64,000 bases of DNA, taken from an uncultured Clostridium sp. Lineage in GTDB: Bacteria; Bacillota_I; Bacilli_A; RF39; UBA660. Where the stretch lies: the NCBI GenBank assembly GCA_905193755.1, contig CAJJPX010000004.1, positions 105 to 64,104 of the forward strand, read 5' to 3'. The notes beneath the pieces are model-generated. The model did no database searches and was not told the DNA's origin. It saw only the letters and a list, made by a program, of their open reading frames with translations. The position numbers were made by a program, and so were the translations under genes. This document shows positions 55,038 to 64,000 of this stretch, one piece after another; the first letter of the stretch is position 1, and each line of letters begins with the position of its first letter.

Positions 55038-57061
55038 TACATTTTTCCTTTAGCTTTTTTAATCATTGCAAGTGAATCATTAATAGCATCATCTATAGTA
55101 GTTTGTTCATTTGTTATCATTGAATAACCAATTGATGCACTATAATCTTTATTTGGTAGTGATGAATTTAGTTCACGATTTAATTTATGTATGTAAGAAC
55201 CTACTTTCTTTTCATCATATCCTATTAAATATATAATAAATTCATCTCCATCAGTTCTCATTATTTCTGAATTGTCTCTTTGTGTTTTTATAAGTACACT
55301 TGCAACTGCTTTGATTTGATTATCTCCTGCTTCATGACCATATTTATCATTTAAAGTTTTTAATGCATTAATATCTATTACTATTATTGCTTGAGGATAT
55401 ACTTTATTTGAACTCCAAAAATCAATATTATCATTTAAGTAATTTCTATTTTTTAAGTTAGTCATCGCATCAAAGTAATATAATCTATCTTCTTTTTTAG
55501 TTTTTTTAGTATATAAAGCTTTTTTAACAACTCCATATATTATGAATGCTATTATTAGTATGGCTATTGTTATCCATATTAAATTACTCATTATAAAGTT
55601 AAATACTCTATTATTTTTAAGTGTTTCTATTACACCTACTACACTTTCATTTTTAACTTCACTTGAGCTTAATGTACTTAGATAGAAATCAAATAATTTA
55701 TTGAATGCTTTGTTATCACTATTAAGCAAGAATGAGTTATTTAATTTAACCTTATCAATATATCTTATACTATAATTTTTAAGTTCTCTATCTTTGTAGT
55801 AGTCGTACACTTCTTTTTCTATTATTATTACTGAAGACTTATCAATATTTTTAAGCATAGTTTTAACATTAACATAATCTTTTATTTCAAATAAATTTTT
55901 ACTAGCCATATTATATTTTAAATTCATATTTGATAACATAGTAACTTCAGTATTATTTAGTGTATAAAGTGAATTCACTACTAAATTATTATCTACATGA
56001 GCAATTACTACATATTCAGTTGGACCTAATGTTCTACTACTTGTATAGTTCTTATTTCCAAGTGAATAATAATTTAATGCTAAATCTATTTTTTTGTTTT
56101 CTAATGCTTCACCTAGTTTTTTAGTGTCACTATATTTAATATATTTATATGTTACACCTGTCATATCAGCGAATTTAGATAAATATGTATCTGTAAGTCC
56201 AGTGAAGTTTCTTCTAATCATACCTTCGTATGGAAGATTTTCAATGTATCCTACTATTAAATCATCATTTGTTATTGATTCTTTTTCTATTTCAGTATAA
56301 TTCTTCGTAGTATAATATATATCTAAAAAATATTCATTTAGTTTTTTAGTTGCAGTTTTTTCCCATCTATAATAAAATTTACTAAATATATTTGAAAGCA
56401 TTTCATTATTTTCAGGTAAATCCAAACAATAATATGAATATAATCCATCTACATGAAATATAATTTCATAGTCATTTTTAACTATTTCATCTAAATATTT
56501 ATACATTGGTATAATCATATAATCTAAAGAATTGCTTGTATAATCTGATTCTAGTTGTTCGAATGTTGTATAACTTTTTATATTAATATTTTGATATTCT
56601 GTTAGATATGTTTCAACTGTTTCTTTATCTTTACTAATAACGCCAATTGTTCTATTTGATAAGTCTGATAGTTTATTAACACTTTCTTTTTTTCCTATAA
56701 CGACATAATGATCTTTGTATATTACTATATCTTCTGGATCTGGTGAAGTTTTATTATTTAGTTTTACTTCTGTACTATCAGAAGTGGCTACTTCTATAGA
56801 TAGACCTGTTGTTTCTTTTAATGATTTTAAATATTCATAATATACACCTTTTCCATTATCTGAAAATACTGGTAAACCATTTTCTACGTATACATCTAGT
56901 GTTGTATCTTTATTATCATTTATCCATTTCTTTTCAGAATATGAATAGTTATTTACTGTGCTTGTTATATAGTATAGTGTTGCAAAGAACCCAACTACTA
57001 AAAATAATATTATAGTAAAGGCTATTATGATATTTTTTCTTTTTTTACTTCTATTCTTCAT
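55037..57061 (-). CDS. membrane sensor with two periplasmic SBP-like domains and a C-terminal GGDEF-family domain (motif DGDEF)
   Basis: FDAMTNLKNRNYL, IDINALKTLNDKYGHEAGDNQIK, RTDGDEFIIYL, SASIGYS. Confidence 0.8.
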   Translation of the reverse strand: MKNRSKKRKNIIIAFTIILFLVVGFFATLYYITSTVNNYSYSEKKWINDNKDTTLDVYVENGLPVFSDNGKGVYYEYLKSLKETTGLSIEVATSDSTEVKLNNKTSPDPEDIVIYKDHYVVIGKKESVNKLSDLSNRTIGVISKDKETVETYLTEYQNINIKSYTTFEQLESDYTSNSLDYMIIPMYKYLDEIVKNDYEIIFHVDGLYSYYCLDLPENNEMLSNIFSKFYYRWEKTATKKLNEYFLDIYYTTKNYTEIEKESITNDDLIVGYIENLPYEGMIRRNFTGLTDTYLSKFADMTGVTYKYIKYSDTKKLGEALENKKIDLALNYYSLGNKNYTSSRTLGPTEYVVIAHVDNNLVVNSLYTLNNTEVTMLSNMNLKYNMASKNLFEIKDYVNVKTMLKNIDKSSVIIIEKEVYDYYKDRELKNYSIRYIDKVKLNNSFLLNSDNKAFNKLFDFYLSTLSSSEVKNESVVGVIETLKNNRVFNFIMSNLIWITIAILIIAFIIYGVVKKALYTKKTKKEDRLYYFDAMTNLKNRNYLNDNIDFWSSNKVYPQAIIVIDINALKTLNDKYGHEAGDNQIKAVASVLIKTQRDNSEIMRTDGDEFIIYLIGYDEKKVGSYIHKLNRELNSSLPNKDYSASIGYSMITNEQTTIDDAINDSLAMIKKAKGKM

Positions 57062-57065
57062 TATA

Positions 57066-57524
57066 TCACCAAACTACCTTTAAGCTTTTAGCACTCTTAG
57101 AACCAAATACTGGGAAATTCTTGTTTTCCTCTGATCCTGAATAAGTTAATATGTATTGTACATCATAGAATGTTAAATTCTTTTCACCTATAGTATCTAA
57201 TGATTTGATTGCTAAGTCTTGTGCTGTTGCGACTTTTATAGATTCTTTGAAGTCAATTGTAATATATATAATTTTTCCTTCAACAGTTACTGTTACATCT
57301 CCAATTTGAGAATTTCCTTTATATACTTCTTTAATTTTTTCTTCAAATTTGTCTTCTAATGGATAGCTTTCTATTCCATCTAATCTTTCACCATATTTTG
57401 ATGAGCTTGTTCCTGCGTAGAAATATCTATAGAATAGAATTCCTATTGCTAGAAAACACACTACTAAAATTCCTAGTAAAACCCATAATACTTTATTATC
57501 TTGATTACGTCTTACTTTTCCCAT
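57066..57524 (-). CDS. membrane-anchored hypothetical protein
   Basis: Single N-terminal TM. The ATG at 57524 follows GAAGGTG; the track start is a GTG inside the SD. Confidence 0.55.
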   Translation of the reverse strand: MGKVRRNQDNKVLWVLLGILVVCFLAIGILFYRYFYAGTSSSKYGERLDGIESYPLEDKFEEKIKEVYKGNSQIGDVTVTVEGKIIYITIDFKESIKVATAQDLAIKSLDTIGEKNLTFYDVQYILTYSGSEENKNFPVFGSKSAKSLKVVW

Positions 57525-57571
57525 AATTTTTAACACCTTCCCTTGGCTTTTTAATTATACTATATTTTATT

Positions 57572-59560
<1,989 letters not shown>

Positions 59561-59632
59561 CTAATATTATTATATAACAATTAAGAAATTATATAAAGAA
59601 AAATGTTTTTTGATAAATAAAAACGACTATTA

Positions 59633-60202
59633 CTAGTCATTCTTAGGTTTTAAAATTAATTTTGAATTTTCTGGTTCATTTAAAGTTATCATAGGAGTTA
59701 CTTCCATATGTTTAGTCTGTTCTGTTATAAATGTTTCATAGCAAGAGCAAACTCCTAATCTGGTTTTATGTTCTAGTAGTGCTCTTTTATGTTTTGCTTT
59801 CCAATCATCATCTAGTAAAGACAAATTCATTAATTCAGTTTTCCATATATTACTATTAGCTATTTCTGCTTCTTTTTTAGCTTCTTCGAATGTGTCAAAT
59901 AGTTTATCTACCGTTTGTGCATAAGATGCATTTCCACTGGCATTTCTTCTTGGTGTAATAGGTGTTTCGTGATATTTAACACCACTACCTAAATCAAATT
60001 TAAATTTTTCGTATTTTCTAAATGGAAATACTACTTCATGTGTAATTCTTGGTTCCATACCAGTGTAGTAACTTATATTAGTATCAGTTACATAACATTT
60101 AGACACAATATATCCTTCAACAATATCATCATAACCATTTTTATAACCACTACTTATTGTTAATTCTTCTACCGCATATTTAATTGGATAACCTTTTTCC
60201 AT
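59633..60202 (-). CDS. hypothetical protein
   Basis: Intact 189-aa ORF with SD GGGAGGAAA. No motif recognised. Confidence 0.5.
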   Translation of the reverse strand: MEKGYPIKYAVEELTISSGYKNGYDDIVEGYIVSKCYVTDTNISYYTGMEPRITHEVVFPFRKYEKFKFDLGSGVKYHETPITPRRNASGNASYAQTVDKLFDTFEEAKKEAEIANSNIWKTELMNLSLLDDDWKAKHKRALLEHKTRLGVCSCYETFITEQTKHMEVTPMITLNEPENSKLILKPKND

Positions 60203-60258
60203 AATTTTCCTCCCTGTAAATATATAGTTATTATAACATATATTTAAATATTATGCTT

Positions 60259-60868
60259 TTATATTGCTTTTATCCATTCTTCTATTTCACTAAGTAGTGT
60301 TACTAATTCATCACTATAACTTTTAAATACTATATTTTTTTATTTTACACTTTAGAGTTTGGACACATCTTTTTAATTTCTATAAATGTTTTGCCAAGCC
60401 ATCCAGCATTAGTTGCGAATGGTATTATTCTTTTATTTGATAAATTATTGTTAGTTAGAAATGTTCTTATAACAGGACATTCTCTATACCACCATACAAG
60501 TAATCCTATAATTACATTTTTATAGTCATTAATATTCTCTAATTTTTTTTTACTTCTGGTATTGAGTTATCATCTTACATTTCAATAGTTGATCTACTTT
60601 GTTTATTAGTCCAATCTAAATCCTCAATTGTATATTTTTGTACAGGTTCAATTGCAAAAATATCTGCATTTAAATTGTTAGCAATCTGTTTAGCTACATT
60701 ATCAGTATGTCCTTGTGCTGAATAATATACTACTAAGACTTTACTATCTTTCTTAATTTCATTGTTTTCATTTTTAATATCAATTTGTCTTTTGATACAT
60801 ATTGCTTCCTAGACAATTAATAGTACTACAAAAACAATTATGATTCCTAACAAAATTTTCTTTTTCAT
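60259..60868 (-). pseudogene. disrupted membrane-anchored flavodoxin-like gene
   Basis: My translation from the ATG at 60868 is MKKKILLGIIIVFVVLLIV*EAICIK...KVLVVYYSAQGHTDNVAKQIANNL...DLDWTNKQSRSTIEM*DDNSIPEVKK, then a frameshift, then KLENINDYKNVIIGLLVWWYRECPVIRTFL...IIPFATNAGWLGK...KKMCPNSKV*. A further out-of-frame tail reads KSYSDELVTLLSEIEEWIKAI*. No ORF of 60 aa or more appears in the track here. Confidence 0.75.
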
Positions 60869-60970
60869 AATTTCATCCTTTTTGAACATTTTATACTTTA
60901 ATTATAAAACTCGTGTGTTACTTCCGATGAATACTTTTTTAGTAAATTTTATTGAATGTGTAAAATACAA

Positions 60971-60998
60971 AATAAAAAGCAAAACTTGATAGTCTTGC
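60971..60998 (-). terminator. intrinsic terminator after 61002..61454
   Basis: On the minus strand, GCAAGAC-TATCAA-GTTTTGC (one mismatch) followed by TTTTTATTTT. Confidence 0.45.
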
Positions 60999-61001
60999 GA
61001 T

Positions 61002-61454
61002 TTACTCATTATTAGAAATTTCTACGTATTTTTTTATCCATTCTTCAAGTTTATTAGCATCTTGATATTTATCTAAATCATCATCAGAGTTTGGATCTAG
61101 ATATGCTATTATATTTCCTTCTTTTATTATAATTATAGAAGGAGCATACTTTATCTTTTTATAATACTTAGTATTTTTAAATTCTTTAAATGATATTGAT
61201 AAGAAATCAATTTTATATTTACTCATAAATTCTTTGAATACATCTTCACATGGAACTTGAAATGCACAATAACTATTATATGAATATAAAATATAGTTTT
61301 CTTTATTTAATGTGGATAATTCATCACTAGTTACATTTACAAATTCTCCAGTATTATAATATTTCTTATCTAAAGTTATCTTTTCATTGGTTTTATTACA
61401 TCCAGTAGTAAAAATTATTAATATACAAATTATTAAATAGTATATTTTTTTCAT
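61002..61454 (-). CDS. lipoprotein with thioredoxin-like fold features (putative)
   Basis: Lipobox FTTGC. YSYNSYCAFQVPCEDVF has CX5C in place of CxxC. A cis-Pro-like KYAPSIIIIKEG is present. Confidence 0.4.
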   Translation of the reverse strand: MKKIYYLIICILIIFTTGCNKTNEKITLDKKYYNTGEFVNVTSDELSTLNKENYILYSYNSYCAFQVPCEDVFKEFMSKYKIDFLSISFKEFKNTKYYKKIKYAPSIIIIKEGNIIAYLDPNSDDDLDKYQDANKLEEWIKKYVEISNNE

Positions 61455-62140
61455 TATTTTATTTCTGTTAAATTATCGAAGTCTATATTATGATAATTTA
61501 CTTTCCAAAAGTCATATGTTGTTTTTCCATTTTCTTCTTTTTTGATTTGTATATTGTTTTTACCATTATAGAACCAATAACCACCTGTATTATAAATTTT
61601 ATTTTCATCCCATCCAAGTGATACTAGAAGATTTTTTGTCATTCCTGCGTATCCTCCACCACCACACATTAAGAATATAATTTTATCTTTTGGAAATAAA
61701 TATTCTAATATTTCCATAGATTCTTTGTAGTTAGCTTTATATGTACCATCTTTTTGTTCTGTAAATAATGTTTTTCCTTTATAAGAATCTCCAACTGCTT
61801 CAGGTAATCCTTTTACTTCAGTTAAATATGGATATGGAACTACTTCAAACCCTTTTATTATTCCAGAAAGGTGTGAGTCTCCTCCGATTGCTTCATAATT
61901 TCCTGGGTCAACAAGCATTCTCATATCTCTATAAACTGAGTCAATACGATTTAAATATTTATCGATTGTTTCTTCATTAACATTTTTATCTATTCCAAGT
62001 TGTCCTCTTTCTCCTCCAGTAACTTCAGGTGTTGGAAGTGGCTCGAGTTTTTCATATTTAATACTTACTAATACCCCAATTGTAATTCCTATAACTAAAC
62101 TAACTATTATAGCTATAATTAATTTTAAATTCTTTTTCAT
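61454..62140 (-). CDS. membrane-anchored rhodanese-like domain protein (putative)
   Basis: N-terminal TM, with an active-site-loop-like IIFLMCGGGGYAGMTKNLLVSLGW...NTGGYW. The ATG at 62140 follows GAGGAGGAAAAA. Confidence 0.45.
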   Translation of the reverse strand: MKKNLKLIIAIIVSLVIGITIGVLVSIKYEKLEPLPTPEVTGGERGQLGIDKNVNEETIDKYLNRIDSVYRDMRMLVDPGNYEAIGGDSHLSGIIKGFEVVPYPYLTEVKGLPEAVGDSYKGKTLFTEQKDGTYKANYKESMEILEYLFPKDKIIFLMCGGGGYAGMTKNLLVSLGWDENKIYNTGGYWFYNGKNNIQIKKEENGKTTYDFWKVNYHNIDFDNLTEIK

Positions 62141-62225
62141 TTTTTCCTCCTCATTGCATTTTAAATTTAACATATAAGGATTTTATTTACTATAACTTTA
62201 AAGTTGAGTTTACTAAAAAATTAGT

Positions 62226-62801
62226 TTAGTTATTAATTTCACATTTACCATTATGGTCTTTAAAATAATCTTCTATGTGAGCAATTGCTTTGTTAGCATC
62301 CCCCATTCCTTCAACGTCAGTGTGATTACTTATGAATGCGTCTCCTCCAGCACTTATTATTTGAAAGTTCTTGTTGTATTCTACTGAATATGCATAATTT
62401 TCATTGTCAAGAGTACAATTTAATTCATATTTACCAACTATAGTGTTATCTCTCAATCCATCATTATCTATACTAAAGATTACTACAAGGAATATCATTA
62501 AAAGAATAAATGCAATTGCTAATATACCAAATACTTTTAATGTTTTAATAATAATTCCAGCTAGTTTTTCTGTGTTGCTTACCTTTTCAACAATAATACT
62601 ATTTAAATCATTATTAACTAGTTCATCTAAACTTACTTTGAAAATATTTGATAAAGTTTTTGCTTGAGTTATATCTGGTGAAGTTTCTTCTAGTTCCCAC
62701 TTTGATATAGTTTGTCTAGTAACACCTACTTTCTCTGCTAATTCTTCTTGTGACATATTATTTTTCTTTCTTAATGTCATTATTTTATTTCCTAAATTCA
62801 T
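62226..62801 (-). CDS. XRE-family HTH regulator with TM segment and extracytoplasmic C-terminal domain
   Basis: LGNKIMTLRKKNNMSQEELAEKVGVTRQTISKWELEETSPDI followed by the TM AIAFILLMIFLVVIF. Confidence 0.8.
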   Translation of the reverse strand: MNLGNKIMTLRKKNNMSQEELAEKVGVTRQTISKWELEETSPDITQAKTLSNIFKVSLDELVNNDLNSIIVEKVSNTEKLAGIIIKTLKVFGILAIAFILLMIFLVVIFSIDNDGLRDNTIVGKYELNCTLDNENYAYSVEYNKNFQIISAGGDAFISNHTDVEGMGDANKAIAHIEDYFKDHNGKCEINN

Positions 62802-62890
62802 ATCATTTCTCCTTTTCGATATAATAATACTTTTTTATATTAGAAATATCTATCAATTATAGTTTGAACTTTCGCAATAAATGTTAACAT

Positions 62891-63802
62891 TTAACTAACA
62901 ATTGTTTCTTTTACTATTTTTCCTAATCTCATACATATTGTTGTTAGTTTTTCTCTCTTTATATTTAATATTTTATCTGTTTCGTTAGCTACATTTATAA
63001 ATTTACTTTTCATAAAGTGAGTAAAAATGTATTCTACGCTTTTTATGTCTTTTGAATATTTATAACAAAAATCTCTTATTGGAGCAGAAATATTAAATAC
63101 CCATATTGGAGTAACAATAATTATATGTTTGTAATCCTTAAGATTAATTTTTACGTCTTCAATAGGCATTCTCCATTTATGCATACCATATCTACCACAC
63201 CACCAAAATCCTAATGTACCTTCAGTTCTTTCTTTTGTTTTTAATTCTAATATAGTTGCTCCTAAATCATTTGCTTTTTCATATGCTATTTGTTTTGTAT
63301 AACCCATTCTTGAAAAATAAACTACTAAATTATCTTTATTTTTATTTGTATTTTTATACTTCTTTATATTAAATTTAAATTGTTCTTGAGTGTAAAATAA
63401 TAATGTTATATATCCTATTATTAGTTGTAATAAACCTATTATGAAGAATGTAGTTGATAACATATTAAATGGAAATATAATAAATTGAATTGTTATCCAT
63501 AGCATAAGTGTAAAACCAAATACAGTTCCTAAAATTATACCTATCTTTTTGTCTTTAAATAGTAAATAAGAAGCTGTTAAGTTTGAAATTCCATTTACTA
63601 TTAAAAGTGAAATACCTGAAAATATGTAATTTTTAAATAGAATATCGCTAAATGGTAACACTTCAAAATATGTAAGTAGTTCTTGCATATTTAGTAATCC
63701 TCCAGTTGGATCTATAAACATACAAACGCCCCCATATACTGCGCATATTCCTATAAATATACACCAAAACATAAGAATCTTTTTTGCTCTTTTATATCTC
63801 AT
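62891..63802 (-). CDS. fusion of a polytopic membrane domain and a C-terminal flavodoxin-like domain
   Basis: Five N-terminal TM helices, then NLVVYFSRMGYTKQIAYEKANDLGA...IIIVTPIWVFNISAPIRDF. The ATG at 63802 follows AGAGGT. Confidence 0.55.
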   Translation of the reverse strand: MRYKRAKKILMFWCIFIGICAVYGGVCMFIDPTGGLLNMQELLTYFEVLPFSDILFKNYIFSGISLLIVNGISNLTASYLLFKDKKIGIILGTVFGFTLMLWITIQFIIFPFNMLSTTFFIIGLLQLIIGYITLLFYTQEQFKFNIKKYKNTNKNKDNLVVYFSRMGYTKQIAYEKANDLGATILELKTKERTEGTLGFWWCGRYGMHKWRMPIEDVKINLKDYKHIIIVTPIWVFNISAPIRDFCYKYSKDIKSVEYIFTHFMKSKFINVANETDKILNIKREKLTTICMRLGKIVKETIVS

Positions 63803-63937
63803 AATATAACCTCTATTTCTGATTTTTATTATATCATAGTAAAAATTTTTTTGTTTATTTTTGTATAGGTATATTTGATACCATTGCTTAACCATAAATT
63901 ATTGGATATAATTTTATTAAGATATGGAGTTGTGGTT

Positions 63938-64000
63938 ATGGATATTAAAACTGAAAAAGCATATAAATTATCTAGATATGTTATGTCTATTATATCATTT
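63938..64000 (+). CDS. 5' end of an unidentified ORF running off the window
   Basis: ATG preceded by GGAG. Only 21 codons are visible (MDIKTEKAYKLSRYVMSIISF). Confidence 0.3.
   Translation, partial: MDIKTEKAYKLSRYVMSIISF

Noticed and set aside
60543-60551. An A9/T9 homopolymer in the flavodoxin-like gene, considered as a phase-variation switch.
   Set aside because: The gene also carries two in-frame nonsense codons and a further downstream disruption. Restoring the tract length would therefore not restore the protein. Decay is the simpler explanation.

Overview
AT-rich, low-GC Firmicutes-type chromosomal segment. Sporeformer hallmarks are gerQ, cse60 and a SpoVB/MurJ-like flippase; housekeeping anchors are rplI-dnaB, ligA, ung and rlmH. 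I call about 70 protein genes, roughly nine in ten on the minus strand. I saw no rRNA, tRNA or CRISPR array. From the left: a truncated IS3-family transposase, two tandem paralogous membrane proteins, a GntR/ABC (ytrA-like) operon, and a TetR - HdeD - YjiM/YjiL-like (2-hydroxyacyl-CoA dehydratase/activase family) block. Next come assorted GNAT/hydrolase genes, a VWA / SWIM / NERD-zinc-ribbon patch (13.6-16.7 kb), and a non-canonical dltA-dltC-MBOAT-SGNH envelope-acylation cluster (16.7-21.0 kb). These are followed by DUF2130 plus a transglutaminase-like gene and a secreted BIG2/SASA-type esterase. A roughly 12 kb accessory, defence-type island spans 25.6-37.6 kb. It holds a mini pyrophosphatase-like pair, an AIPR + N-terminally extended ADP-ribosylglycohydrolase + unknown-protein cassette, DUF1810, and a 57-aa lipoprotein ORF missing from the ORF track. 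It also holds a UvrD/helicase-IV-like helicase with an embedded PD-(D/E)xK-like module, a Fic protein and an AbiEi/AbiEii pair. The right half is mostly core: natAB-like ABC with a coupled pduL, gerQ, lemA, ung, rlmH, M23 peptidase, dnaB, rplI, flippase, cse60, yihY, a GGDEF protein and ligA. It ends in a small extracytoplasmic redox-themed cluster that includes a multiply disrupted flavodoxin pseudogene. The best candidate for something undescribed is the tightly coupled AIPR-ARH-unknown three-gene cassette (26.4-30.2 kb). A second structure not explained by the ORFs is a promoter-hairpin-C-tract-terminator module (37.57-37.70 kb) that looks like a small RNA gene next to the AbiE operon. All functional calls come from motif recognition by eye; no database search was run.
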